This document shows, piece after piece, positions 13,523 through 23,324 of a stretch of 64,000 nucleotides of DNA (its first letter is position 1; the number at the start of each line of letters is the position of its first letter). Under the pieces are notes generated by a model. That model worked only from the letters and a program-made list of their open reading frames with translations, searched no databases and was not told the origin of the DNA. The stretch lies in contig CAWCNY010000001.1 in the NCBI GenBank assembly GCA_963797095.1, positions 192,001 to 256,000 of the forward strand. The letters run 5' to 3'. Source of the DNA: an uncultured Chloroflexia bacterium. Its GTDB lineage: Bacteria > Chloroflexota > Chloroflexia > QHBQ01 > JADMIH01. The position numbers were made by a program, and so were the translations under genes.

Positions 13523-13927
13523 CTAGGGAGCAGCCTTACGGCTCATTCTGAGGCGAAGCACGCCCCATGTTACACCCACAAGCACCAGTGCCAGGAACGC
13601 CAGTGCCATATAGAGGTATATCTCCAGGGAAGGAACACAAGTGGTGTCCACCACCGCGCCAGGCTGTGCCAGCGCCTCCGATATTTCGGGTGGGCAAGGT
13701 ACGGACGTGAAATAGACAATAAACAGAAGGACCGCCGGGCCGATGCCCAGGCCAACAATGCCCGCCCAGTAGCTGTTCGTCAGGCGCTTGTAGGTCGCAT
13801 AGACAATCAATGCGCCTCCAAGCAGGAGGAGAGGGATGCCAAGAGAGGCCGACAGGATCAAACCGAGGCCAACGGCGGCCCCGGCCACAAACCAGTATAC
13901 TGACTCCTTCCATCCGCTCATATTCAC
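13523..13927 (-). CDS. Hypothetical membrane protein
   Basis: About 4 hydrophobic segments, in line with upstream operon. Confidence 0.65.
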   Translation of the reverse strand: MNMSGWKESVYWFVAGAAVGLGLILSASLGIPLLLLGGALIVYATYKRLTNSYWAGIVGLGIGPAVLLFIVYFTSVPCPPEISEALAQPGAVVDTTCVPSLEIYLYMALAFLALVLVGVTWGVLRLRMSRKAAP

Positions 13928-13946
13928 CTACTGATTGCTGCTTTGC

Positions 13947-14663
13947 TTAGTCGCGGGGCATGGTGATTATGCCTAGCTGGAGGGCTAGGGTGGTGGCTTC
14001 GAGCTTGGAATGGACGCCCATCTTCTTGATTATGTTCTGGATGTGGGTGCGGACGGTGTTAGGGCTTAGCACGAAAAGCTCGGCTATGCCCTCGTTGTTG
14101 CGGCCACGCGCCAGTTGTTCGAGGATCTCGATCTCGCGGGCTGAAAGCTTGGAGCGAAGTAGTTCGGCCTGCTGCTCGCGCTGTTGCTGGCGGTGGAAGT
14201 GGGAGAGGATGCGCGGGATCATGAAGGGCGGGACTACAGGCTCACCTTCGGAGGCGGTGCGGACTGCCTGCACTACTTCGCTGAGGGCCTGCTGCTTGGT
14301 GATATAACCGGCAGCGCCCGCCGCGATGGCCTCGGCCATGACCGCTTCACCTGTGTCGGCGGTTAGGACGAGCACGGTGGTGTTCTCGCCTTGCTCGCGC
14401 AGGGCCTGGATCACTTCGAGGCCGGTCATGCCGGGCATGTGGTAATCGACCAGGAGGATATCAGGGTGGGTTTCGAGGGATAGCTTGAGGCCCTCGTCGC
14501 CTGTGAAGGCCATGCCTACCACCTTGATATCGTCCTGCATATCGAGGACCATGCGGAGCATTTCGGTGAAGACCGGCTGGTCGTCCACCACTACCACTTT
14601 GATCGGCCCTTCGCGTGGGGGCTTTTCGTCTATTGCTTCGGGTTGTATTTGATCATTCATCAT
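13947..14663 (-). CDS. NarL/LuxR-family response regulator
   Basis: VVDD, LVDYHMPGMTG receiver; LSAREIEIL..TVRTHIQNI LuxR HTH. Confidence 0.92.
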   Translation of the reverse strand: MMNDQIQPEAIDEKPPREGPIKVVVVDDQPVFTEMLRMVLDMQDDIKVVGMAFTGDEGLKLSLETHPDILLVDYHMPGMTGLEVIQALREQGENTTVLVLTADTGEAVMAEAIAAGAAGYITKQQALSEVVQAVRTASEGEPVVPPFMIPRILSHFHRQQQREQQAELLRSKLSAREIEILEQLARGRNNEGIAELFVLSPNTVRTHIQNIIKKMGVHSKLEATTLALQLGIITMPRD

Positions 14664-14672
14664 TTAGTTGCC

Positions 14673-16505
14673 TTATTCGTTACGGTTTGTGGTTGGTTTC
14701 AGTGTGGGGTTGGAGGTGGATGCTTGTGCGGCAAGCTCGCCCCCGTCCTGGTGGCCGTTGCCGTTGGGATGAGATTCTTCGTTCAGGTCTGAGAATGGGA
14801 CCAATTGGCTCGTGGGCATGTGCGCACCGTTGGCTGCGGCCTGGCGGTTGGTGGCATATCTGCCGTTACGCCTGGCGGGGCCGGAGCCTCCGGTTAGCTC
14901 CTCGTCATCTTCGAGGGAGCCTTCGAGGAGTGGTATACAGACTTCAGCGATGGTGCCCTTGCCGGGTGCAGGTTGGAGGGACAGGCTGCCGCCGTGGGCC
15001 TCGGCGATTTGGTGTGCGATATAGAGTCCGAGGCCGCTGCCGGGGATGGCGACCGTCTCGCGGCGCTGGATGCGGCTGTAGCGGTCGAAGAGCTTGGGCA
15101 CATCCTGCGGGTCGATACCGAGGCCGTGATCGCGGATGTATATGCTGGCTGTGCCTTCGGCATCGTTGGCACGCATGCGGACCTCGATTGGACCGCCCTG
15201 AGGCGAGTATTTGATGGAGTTCGATAGGAGGTTGTTGAGGACCTGCTTGAGGCGGTTGGGGTCGCCGCGCACCGGAATGTGCTCGGGGCCTTTGACGGTG
15301 ATGGTGTGCCTGCGGGTGGTTAGCTGGTGGTCTTTGACAACCGAGTCGGTGATCTTGCGCAGGTCGGTTTCGACGAAGCGATAGTTGAGGCCGCCCGAGT
15401 TGAGGAGGGAGATGGCGAGGATGTCGTCGATGAGGGTGAGCAAGTGCTGGGCTTCGCCCTGGATGGCGGTAAGGAACTCGCTGCGTTGGCCCTCGTTGAG
15501 GCTGCCGCCGTGCTCTTTGAGCGCACCCGCGTAGTTATAGACGTAGGAGACGGGGGTCTTTAGCTCGTGGGAGATCATGCCAGCGAACTCGGATTTGAGT
15601 CGGTCGATCTCCTCTATGCGCCTGCGGGCCTCGGATTCGGTTAGAAGGGCCTTGTGCAGGTCGATGTTGGCGCGTTCGAGGTCGGCCTGGGTGGCGGCCA
15701 GTTTATCGGCCTCCTGGCGCGCGCTACTGAGGAGGCTTTCGTTTTCGGCCGCGGCGGCTGAGAGCCTGTGGCGCATCTCTTCGAGCACGCCTGCAAGCTC
15801 GCCTATTTCATCGTGCGAGCGGATCGCTATGGCGGTCTCAAGGTCTCCGTGAGTGATCCCCTGGATGTTGCGCATGAGGCGGCGAAGGGGGGCGGTGAAG
15901 CCCTCGGTGAAGAGGGTGACGGCTATGAGGGTGATGAAGACTCCGACGAGGGACCAGGCGAGGAGTTGGGCGGAAATGTCCTCGACGTGGGAGCTGAGGG
16001 CGGTCTGGGCGTCGGCTACCTGCTGGTTTTTGCGGACGATGAAGACCTCGACCAGGTTGGTAAGAGCGAGGCGCGCGGTCTCGCTGCGGGCGACGGTAGG
16101 CCCGAATGGGGAACTGCCGTGGCCTGTATTTTCGATGATCTCATCTTCAAGCTGGGTGTAGGTGGTGCTGGCGTTCTGGATGTCTTCAAGCGTCTTGCGA
16201 TCATCGTCTGAGGTGAGCAGCGGGCCCATCTTTTCGATGGCGTCTTTTTGCTGCTTGTTGGCGTCGTTATATTCGATGAGGAGGCTGAGATCGGGGTTGA
16301 TCTCGTAGGAGCGGGCGGCCACGATCTGGCGCTGCACGCCGGAACGGAGGTTGTTGGCTTGCAGCAAAGTAGCCTGATCACGCGTGATCAGGTCAGAATA
16401 CCGGCGATTGATGTCGGAGATGGTGAAGAGGAAGAAGGCGACAAGAACAACCGCTGCGGCCACCAGGGCGAGGTAGCCCCCCAATATTTTGTGGCGTATA
16501 CGCAT
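14673..16505 (-). CDS. Sensor histidine kinase (TM-sensor-TM-HAMP-HisKA-HATPase)
   Basis: DEIGEL HAMP, SHELKTP H-box, NLLSNSIKYS, DHGLGI, GSGLGL. Confidence 0.92.
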   Translation of the reverse strand: MRIRHKILGGYLALVAAAVVLVAFFLFTISDINRRYSDLITRDQATLLQANNLRSGVQRQIVAARSYEINPDLSLLIEYNDANKQQKDAIEKMGPLLTSDDDRKTLEDIQNASTTYTQLEDEIIENTGHGSSPFGPTVARSETARLALTNLVEVFIVRKNQQVADAQTALSSHVEDISAQLLAWSLVGVFITLIAVTLFTEGFTAPLRRLMRNIQGITHGDLETAIAIRSHDEIGELAGVLEEMRHRLSAAAAENESLLSSARQEADKLAATQADLERANIDLHKALLTESEARRRIEEIDRLKSEFAGMISHELKTPVSYVYNYAGALKEHGGSLNEGQRSEFLTAIQGEAQHLLTLIDDILAISLLNSGGLNYRFVETDLRKITDSVVKDHQLTTRRHTITVKGPEHIPVRGDPNRLKQVLNNLLSNSIKYSPQGGPIEVRMRANDAEGTASIYIRDHGLGIDPQDVPKLFDRYSRIQRRETVAIPGSGLGLYIAHQIAEAHGGSLSLQPAPGKGTIAEVCIPLLEGSLEDDEELTGGSGPARRNGRYATNRQAAANGAHMPTSQLVPFSDLNEESHPNGNGHQDGGELAAQASTSNPTLKPTTNRNE

Positions 16506-16598
16506 TTATGCTTGCGGAATGCGGAGTCCGGAGTACGGGATTATTCCAGCGTCCATATCCACATTTTAATTACTGTGTACGAATAAGACCCTTCGGTG

Positions 16599-16628
16599 AT
16601 TATAGCAACGTGAGTCACACTATGTCAA
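16599..16628 (-). promoter_or_regulatory. sigma70-type promoter TTGACA-18-TATAAT for HK/RR operon
   Basis: Consensus hexamers read directly. Confidence 0.7.
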
Positions 16629-16636
16629 GTTTTAGG

Positions 16637-16652
16637 TACGTAATTTTACGTA
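16637..16652. promoter_or_regulatory. 7-2-7 palindrome TACGTAA-TT-TTACGTA, candidate NarL-type RR site
   Basis: Perfect inverted heptamers just upstream of the -35. Confidence 0.45.
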
Positions 16653-16654
16653 GG

Positions 16655-16697
16655 GTCGGTAGTCGGTAGTCGGAGGACGAGTGGCGAGTGACGAGTG
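16655..16697 (+). repeat. Composite heptamer array (GGTAGTC then GACGAGT)
   Basis: gtcggtagtcggtagtcggaggacgagtggcgagtgacgagtg. Confidence 0.85.
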
Positions 16698-16730
16698 AAT
16701 GTTGGTGGGACGGTATAATGGTCGGGAACT

Positions 16731-18548
16731 ATGGAGAATATTGATCTGCTGCTTGACCTTGCTCTGGCGATTGGGGCTGCCATTGTTGGCGGATTTGTGG
16801 CCCATCGCTTGCGGCAGCCTACGATCCTGGGTTATTTGCTGGCGGGGGTGTTGATCGGGCCTTATACGGCGGGGCCGGTGGCCTCGATAGAGCGGGTGCA
16901 GACGCTGGCGAACTTCGGGGTGGCCTTGCTGATGTTCGCGCTCGGCACGGAGTTTTCGCTGGCCGCGCTGGCGAAGGTTAGGCGGGCGGCCGTGGGCGGC
17001 GGGGTGGCGCAGATTCTGTTGAGTATCGCGCTGGGCACGGTGCTTGGTTTGGCGCTTGGCTTTTCGGTGTCGGCATCCGTGTTCCTGGGAGGGATTATCG
17101 CGATCTCGAGCTCGATCTTCATCCTGAAGATACTTATGTCGCGGGATGAGGTTGAGAGCATCTGGGGCCGGATCACGGTTGGGATCGGGATCGTGCAGGA
17201 TATTTCGATGCTGGCTTTGATTGTGATTTTGCCATCGCTGGGGTCGGGGGTTGGGCTGGAACTGGTGGGGTCGGCGGGGTTGGCAGTGGTGCGTGGGGCG
17301 CTGGTGCTGGTGGTTTCTTATGTGCTTGGGACGCGGCTGGTGCCGCCTTTGCTGGCGTGGGTAGCGAAGCTAGGATCGCGGGAGTTATTTTTGCTGACAG
17401 TGGTGGCGATTGCGGCGGGGGCGGCTGTGCTTGGGCAACTGGTGGGGATTTCGTTCGCGCTGGGGGCATTCGTGGGTGGGCTGGTGACCTCGGAGTCGGA
17501 GTTCAGCCATCACGTGCTGGACGAGATTATACCGTTGCGCGAGGTGTTTTCTACGCTGTTCTTTGTGTCAATCGGGATGTTGATGAACCCGGCGTTTTTG
17601 CTGGCTCATGCCTGGGAGATCGGGTTGGTGGTGGCGGTGATCGTGGCGGGGAAGTTCGGGATCACTTATGGGGTGGTGCGGGCGCTTGGGTACAGGGGGG
17701 AGGTTCCTGTAAGGGTGGGGCTGCTGTTGGCGCAGATCGGGGAGTTTTCGTTTGTGCTGGCTGGCGTGGGGTTGGAACATGGGGCTATCAACGATGATTT
17801 GTACGGGTTGGTGCTGTCGTCGGCGCTGGTGTCGCTTTTGCTGAACCCACTGCTGGTGAGCAGCGCACCGGGGTTAGAGAGTCTGACGCGGGGGATTTCG
17901 GGGTGGGTGTGGTCCTTGTTGCGGGTAGGGGGCTTGAAGACGGCGGAGAGTAAAATCGTCAATGATGATATTGATGTAGATACTGGCAGGGTCCAATCGA
18001 GAAGCGGGGGCGTGAAATCGGTATCTGAGATGCGGCGGCACGTGGTGGTCTGCGGGTATGGGAGGGTTGGGCAGGAGATCGCTCGCGCTTTGCAACGTCG
18101 AGGGTTCCCGTTTGTGGTGATAGATTACAACCCGGCGGGCGTGGAGAGGGCACGCGGTGAGGGGTGCGTGGCTATGCAGGGGGATGCGACGCACGAAGCG
18201 GTGTTGGAGAGGGCCGGGATCGGGTCGGCGCGGATGGTGGCGATCACGCTGCCCGACCTGCCGAGCGCAATGCAAGTGGTTCGGACGACGCGGGCGCTCA
18301 ATTCGCGGGCGCGGGTGCTGGCGAGGACGCATGATGCACGCTCGATAGCGCATTTGAAGCAGGCGGGCGCGCACGAGGTGGTGCAGCCTGAGTTTGAGGC
18401 GGGCCTGGAGATGGTGAGGCAGGCGTTGAGGAGCTACGGGGTGTCGGCGCTGGAGACGCATTCGATTGTGGGTGGGCGAAGACAGGAGCACTACGCCGGC
18501 GGGCCGCCGGGGGAGACACCGGCCAGCGAGGAGACGCCTTGGGAGTGA
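16731..18548 (+). CDS. CPA2 cation:proton antiporter with TrkA-N (KTN) domain
   Basis: QD motif, LAQIGEFSFVL, many TMs, VVVCGYGRVG Rossmann. Confidence 0.9.
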   Translation: MENIDLLLDLALAIGAAIVGGFVAHRLRQPTILGYLLAGVLIGPYTAGPVASIERVQTLANFGVALLMFALGTEFSLAALAKVRRAAVGGGVAQILLSIALGTVLGLALGFSVSASVFLGGIIAISSSIFILKILMSRDEVESIWGRITVGIGIVQDISMLALIVILPSLGSGVGLELVGSAGLAVVRGALVLVVSYVLGTRLVPPLLAWVAKLGSRELFLLTVVAIAAGAAVLGQLVGISFALGAFVGGLVTSESEFSHHVLDEIIPLREVFSTLFFVSIGMLMNPAFLLAHAWEIGLVVAVIVAGKFGITYGVVRALGYRGEVPVRVGLLLAQIGEFSFVLAGVGLEHGAINDDLYGLVLSSALVSLLLNPLLVSSAPGLESLTRGISGWVWSLLRVGGLKTAESKIVNDDIDVDTGRVQSRSGGVKSVSEMRRHVVVCGYGRVGQEIARALQRRGFPFVVIDYNPAGVERARGEGCVAMQGDATHEAVLERAGIGSARMVAITLPDLPSAMQVVRTTRALNSRARVLARTHDARSIAHLKQAGAHEVVQPEFEAGLEMVRQALRSYGVSALETHSIVGGRRQEHYAGGPPGETPASEETPWE

Positions 18549-18581
18549 CGAGTGACGAGTGACGAGTGACGAGTGACGAGT
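18543..18581 (+). repeat. Heptamer tandem array (GAGTGAC)x5
   Basis: Perfect repeats that include the TGA stop of the antiporter gene. Confidence 0.92.
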
Positions 18582-18603
18582 AGTGAGAGTTCGTTTGTGT
18601 TGG

Positions 18604-19839
18604 TTATTGGGTGTTGCGTTTGCCCAGGTTGATTCTTGGGTCGGCGGCTACGTAGAGGATGTCGGCTAGCATGCTTGAGAGGGCTACGATTACTACCATT
18701 ACAAGTAGCAGACCTAGAGTTATGGCCGGGTTGGGCACGTAGCTGAATGGTGTGCAATGCACCTCGAGCGAAGTATTGACCGAACCTACACAACCGCCTA
18801 CGGCCTTGAAGAATAACTGGCCCATGCCGGGGTAGCTGAAGACCTGCTCGATTATCATGCTGCCCGATATGACAGCGGGTAGGGAGAGGCCCACCACGGT
18901 AATTAGCGGGACCAGGGCGTTGCGAAAGGCATGGCGGGTGACAATCCGAAAGATGGGCGCTCCTTTTGCCATGGCGGTGCGAATATAGTCCTGATGGAGG
19001 ACTTCGAGCATTGAGGAGCGCACATGCCTGGCGAACCAGGCCGCAAGCGCCAGCGAGAGTGTAGCTACGGGCAGGCTCAGGTGGTAGATGCGATTGATCC
19101 AGTTACCCTCCTGGTCGAGCGAGAAGACGTAACCGGGCTGAAGCATGGGGAACCAATCCCAACCGTTCTGCCGGCGCAAGTTGTAGGGAAGGATGCCGAA
19201 AAGGGCCGAGAGTATGAAGGCCAACATGAAAGGAGGGATCGACAGTCCACCCAGGGTCATAAATGTCAGGCCAGTGTCAAGCCACGAGTGCTGCCTGATC
19301 GCTCCGATGATGCCGACGGGGATTGCTAAGAGAAGCGCGAAGAATAGGGCTGACGTCATAAGGAGCAGGGTATTTAGCCCCCTGTCTGAAAGAAGTTGGC
19401 CCAGTGATAAGCCTCCTGGGCGGACTGAGGAGGTATCTACATCTCCGGTGAGGATGCCACTGCCCTCTATGTGCCATCCAAATATGTTTACGTCTATGCC
19501 TTTATGGACGAGAGTGCCCACGTTGTCGCCGCCGATCATCTTCGTGGTAGCTCGTGGGTCGAAGAGCCATAGTAGGAAGTTGATGGGCCAGGGCTGGTCG
19601 ACTTTGTAAACCTGTTCCATGTAATTGATATTGTTCTGGAGGTCGGCGGGCGTAGCGTCTGGGAAGCTGTCAGTGCTCTCAGGATGGAGTTGTCTCAGGG
19701 CCAGTTCAGAACGCGAATCCTGGTATTGGCGATAGACTCCGCTGGACGATATGTAGACGAAGAACATGTAGAGAACGAAGGTCGTGATCAGCATCGAGAG
19801 CACAGCCTGAGCGAATCGGCGGAGGATGTAAAGGGTCAT
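18604..19839 (-). CDS. Peptide/nickel ABC permease, OppB/DppB-like
   Basis: DYIRTAMAKG EAA motif, RHAFRNA, EQVFSYPGMG, ADPRI. Confidence 0.85.
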   Translation of the reverse strand: MTLYILRRFAQAVLSMLITTFVLYMFFVYISSSGVYRQYQDSRSELALRQLHPESTDSFPDATPADLQNNINYMEQVYKVDQPWPINFLLWLFDPRATTKMIGGDNVGTLVHKGIDVNIFGWHIEGSGILTGDVDTSSVRPGGLSLGQLLSDRGLNTLLLMTSALFFALLLAIPVGIIGAIRQHSWLDTGLTFMTLGGLSIPPFMLAFILSALFGILPYNLRRQNGWDWFPMLQPGYVFSLDQEGNWINRIYHLSLPVATLSLALAAWFARHVRSSMLEVLHQDYIRTAMAKGAPIFRIVTRHAFRNALVPLITVVGLSLPAVISGSMIIEQVFSYPGMGQLFFKAVGGCVGSVNTSLEVHCTPFSYVPNPAITLGLLLVMVVIVALSSMLADILYVAADPRINLGKRNTQ

Positions 19840-19916
19840 GTGGTCGTTCCTGTGTAGTTCCTTGTAGTTGGTAGTCGGTTCTTGGGTTGAGGTGGTTATG
19901 CGGTGTGGCTCGATGG

Positions 19917-20942
19917 TTAGAGTTGGATGCTTGGATCGAGGGCGTCACGCAGGGCTTCGGCTATATAGTTGAGAGAGAGGACAGTGATGAAAATCATAAA
20001 GGCGGGCAGGAAGGCGAGGTAAAGGCGAATGTCGTGAAAGGGACTGAAATCTATCAAAGCCAGGCGGAAGACGTAGGTTTGTGATGTGGCTATGAGGTTG
20101 CCCCAGGTGGGCGAAAAGCCGAAATCGATCCCGTTTCCGAGGTAGGAGAGGATGGACTCCCAGATGACGAAATCTCCGACCAGGAAGGTAGCTGCCACCA
20201 GCACCGGGGCAAGGGCGTTTGGGAGGAGGTGCTTCAGGATAAGCCTGCGGTTGCCGATCCCAAGCGCCCTGGATGCCTCCACAAAGGTCAGCGAGCGGAG
20301 GGAGAGGAAGGAGCCTCGCACCAATCTGCTCATACCCACCCAGCCGAAGATCACAAAGACAGCTACCATCGTTGCCAGGAAGATGATCGAGGGGTCGTCG
20401 TTTTGAGTGAAGAGGCGTGGGCTTCTTGGCAGGAAGGAAAGAGAGGTGTTTAGAAGGGTGTAGATAGTGGGCAGGGTCAGGACGAAGAGAGGTAGCAGCG
20501 GGATCGAGAGGAGTAGATCGGTAGTGCGCATGAGAAGCCAGTCCAGCCAGCCGCCGTAGAAGCCTGCAATGGCTCCGAAGAGTGTGCCCAGGAGAGTGGT
20601 CAGGATGGCAGATGAAAGAGCGACAGACAGGCTAACGCGCCCGCCTATCAGGAGGAGTGCCAGTTCATCCCTGCCAGACCTATCGGTGCCGAGGAAATGG
20701 ATGTTGCCGCCCTGACCGACCGTTCCGGCGGGCGCTAGCCAGAGGGTGGGCAGCTCGTTATAGGTGTCGTTGAAGGGGAGGAGTAGGGGGCCGATTACCA
20801 GGGAGAGCACCAGCAGGAAAAAGACGACCAGGGCAATCATGCCGCGACGATGCCGCCTGAACCTGTGCCAGACCAGTGACCACTGGCCTGCCGGTGTCCA
20901 ATTGGATTGTGGCTGGACAGGGTCTAGCGCTGACACGTTCAT
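19917..20942 (-). CDS. Peptide/nickel ABC permease, OppC/DppC-like
   Basis: HFLGTDRSGRD, FVEASRALG, HLLPN, LRDALDP. Confidence 0.88.
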   Translation of the reverse strand: MNVSALDPVQPQSNWTPAGQWSLVWHRFRRHRRGMIALVVFFLLVLSLVIGPLLLPFNDTYNELPTLWLAPAGTVGQGGNIHFLGTDRSGRDELALLLIGGRVSLSVALSSAILTTLLGTLFGAIAGFYGGWLDWLLMRTTDLLLSIPLLPLFVLTLPTIYTLLNTSLSFLPRSPRLFTQNDDPSIIFLATMVAVFVIFGWVGMSRLVRGSFLSLRSLTFVEASRALGIGNRRLILKHLLPNALAPVLVAATFLVGDFVIWESILSYLGNGIDFGFSPTWGNLIATSQTYVFRLALIDFSPFHDIRLYLAFLPAFMIFITVLSLNYIAEALRDALDPSIQL

Positions 20943-21118
20943 GATTCACCGCCTGGCACTGTGGGTCCCTATACGCGTAAAGGGTGCATCCCTAATATAT
21001 CCCTGAGAAGTATGATCTGTTTGGATTTGGGCGGATATTGATGGGTTGAAGTTTCCGAGGTCAGGTTGTCATCCCTTCCAACAAAGAGGCGGATGTGGAA
21101 AACTCGTAACGGCGGCTA

Positions 21119-21147
21119 TTGACCCGGATAGGGAAGGCAAGTATACT
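21119..21147 (+). promoter_or_regulatory. sigma70-type promoter TTGACC-17-TATACT
   Basis: Near-consensus hexamers with optimal spacing. Confidence 0.65.
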
Positions 21148-21153
21148 CACATC

Positions 21154-21238
21154 ACTCCAAAGTTGAAGGTTCGCCTGACACAGCGGAGGAACAGAAATCC
21201 AGATGATCCCTCGTGGACTGTCTGGACTTTCTGTTTAA
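21154..21238 (+). ncRNA. Candidate small RNA or structured leader ending in a long hairpin (21190-21235)
   Basis: Follows the promoter; AACAGAAA-TCCAGA..TCTGGA-C-TTTCTGTT stem. Confidence 0.35.
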
Positions 21239-21332
21239 TGTAGCTTGATCTTGTGGCTTTGGTAGCATAATTATGTTGGTATGCCGCGCTTCAAAGCGCG
21301 GCTATTCTCTTAAGAAGGAGATTGTCCTGGAG

Positions 21333-21806
21333 ATGAACAGCCAAGACGTGGGGCATCATGTGGAAAGAAGCGGCTCGATTCGGTTGCACAGCGCACCTGA
21401 TACGGTATTTCCTTTGTTCGGGCCCGACCGGGAGCGGGAATGGGCGGAAGGCTGGGAGCCTGAGGCGGTTTGGCCCGGTGCTGTGATGGCGCAGGAAGGG
21501 GCGGTGTTCCGCACGCAGCATGGTGCGATGGAGGCGGTGTGGGTGGTGAGCAGGTTCGATGCAGGAGAACGAGTGGTGGAGTATACGACTTTTCGGCATG
21601 AGGACCGTGTGACCAGGATAACCATACAGGTGGAGGCCGATGCGGGGCACGAAGGATGGTCTGTTGCTCAGGTCACTTATGCGCTTACGGCGCTGTCGGG
21701 TAGAGGCGCGATACACATGTCTCACTTCAGCGACGAGCACTACAGGGAAATTATGCAAGAGTGGGAGAGAGATATCAATGCGGTGCTTGCGCGAAGCGAC
21801 TCATGA
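21333..21806 (+). CDS. SRPBCC-like hypothetical protein
   Basis: VFPLFGP.RE.EWAEGW.P; beta-rich core plus C-terminal helix. Confidence 0.7.
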   Translation: MNSQDVGHHVERSGSIRLHSAPDTVFPLFGPDREREWAEGWEPEAVWPGAVMAQEGAVFRTQHGAMEAVWVVSRFDAGERVVEYTTFRHEDRVTRITIQVEADAGHEGWSVAQVTYALTALSGRGAIHMSHFSDEHYREIMQEWERDINAVLARSDS

Positions 21807-21958
21807 GGGCAGGACGGGGCAGCAAGAGCATTCTTGTACGAATTCACATGATTCAGATCCAATTCAGTTTGCTAGGCGTACCTTAAATGCAAGTGCCACT
21901 GTTATAGGTATCGGGCGTTACTCTGGCTTGCTTTTCGATAGTATGTGAGGAGGGCGCA

Positions 21959-22321
21959 ATGGGCCAGGGGCCTGTACTTGTGGTGGACGACGAGCCTGAT
22001 ATGGTGGCTCTGTTGTCTGATGTGCTGGAGAGTAAGGGTTACAGGGTTGTTTCCGCGACTGATGGTATGAAGGGGTTAGGTGTTCTGCTTATGGAACGCC
22101 CTGAAGTGGTTATTCTCGACCTGGATATGCCGGTGGTGGATGGGGTGAACTTCGCGAAATCGGCGGAGACTTATGGGATATCGCCGCCGATTATTTTGAT
22201 AACCGGCTATTCGGAGGTGCCACAGTGGGCCAAGCTGGTTGGCGCGATGGCGTACTTGCAAAAGCCGTTCGAGATCGACGAATTGCTGGCACTTGTTGGG
22301 GATGTCTACAGCAGAGGCTAG
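21959..22321 (+). CDS. Single-domain response regulator
   Basis: VVDDE, LDLDMP, LQKPF. Confidence 0.88.
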   Translation: MGQGPVLVVDDEPDMVALLSDVLESKGYRVVSATDGMKGLGVLLMERPEVVILDLDMPVVDGVNFAKSAETYGISPPIILITGYSEVPQWAKLVGAMAYLQKPFEIDELLALVGDVYSRG

Positions 22322-22604
22322 GGGTTGTTCATAATCTTGTAACATCTTTCATCAGGAGGTTAGGTAGGAAGTGTAAAGTGGAATAAGAGCGTGATACGTC
22401 ATGTGTCGCAAGTCGTTCGCAGGGCGCTGGGCGATGCCGGTACATGACGCATCACGTAGCAATATGAGCGGCGGTTGGGGTGATATAATGAACGCACAAG
22501 GACAGATCGGTGGGGGAAATGCGCAGTCGGCGGTGGTAAGAGCCGTGCTGGCTGCGGCCAGAGCGCGGGGGCAACCTTCGCGCCTATCACTGGAGGATAG
22601 CCGC

Positions 22605-23324
22605 TTGAATGCGAGCAGTGGTACCAATACAGACGACCTTACGATCCTGGTAGTTGATGATGAGCCGAATATACTGGAGGTAGTGAGCGCTTATTTGAAG
22701 CGAGAGCTTTATCGCGTGGTAACGGCTGCCGACGGGGAAGATGCTCTCAAGCAAGTTGCCGAGCATAGCCCCGACCTGGTGGTGCTGGATGTGATGCTGC
22801 CGCGATTGGATGGGTTGGAGGTTTGCAGGCGAATACGGGCTACGTCCAATACTCCCGTGATAATGCTGACCGCGCGGGGCGATGAGACCGATAAACTGGT
22901 GGGACTTGGTATTGGGGCTGACGATTATTTGACCAAGCCGTTCAGCCCGCGCGAACTGGTAGCGCGGATCAAGGCGGTGCTGCGGAGGGCCGCGCCTGTT
23001 GCGCAGCCGCAGCCGGGGGCCGATAGCTTGCTCAAGTTTCCGGGGCTGAAGATCAACCCGCGCACGCGGGCTGTGGAGACGGACGCGGGGCCGGTGGAGT
23101 TGACGGCCAAGGAGTTTGACCTGCTCTTCTTCCTGGCAAGCCACCCGCAGGAGGTGTTTACGCGCACACAGTTGCTGGACCAGGTGTGGGACTATTCGTA
23201 TTACGGGGATACATCGACGGTGACGGTGCATGTGAGGCGACTACGCGAAAAGATCGAGCCGGATCCGATGAGGCCGCGCTATATTAAGACTGTATGGGGA
23301 GTAGGGTACAAGTTTGAAAGGTGA
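22605..23324 (+). CDS. OmpR-family response regulator
   Basis: LDVMLP, GADDYLTKPF, TVTVHVRRLREK, TVWGVGY; TTG start chosen after GGAGG. Confidence 0.9.
   Translation: MNASSGTNTDDLTILVVDDEPNILEVVSAYLKRELYRVVTAADGEDALKQVAEHSPDLVVLDVMLPRLDGLEVCRRIRATSNTPVIMLTARGDETDKLVGLGIGADDYLTKPFSPRELVARIKAVLRRAAPVAQPQPGADSLLKFPGLKINPRTRAVETDAGPVELTAKEFDLLFFLASHPQEVFTRTQLLDQVWDYSYYGDTSTVTVHVRRLREKIEPDPMRPRYIKTVWGVGYKFER

Noticed and set aside
22401-22604. Long N-terminal extension on the OmpR regulator
   Set aside because: The upstream ATG overlaps a TG-n-TATAAT -10 element, and a GGAGG-TTG start at 22605 gives a normal-length protein
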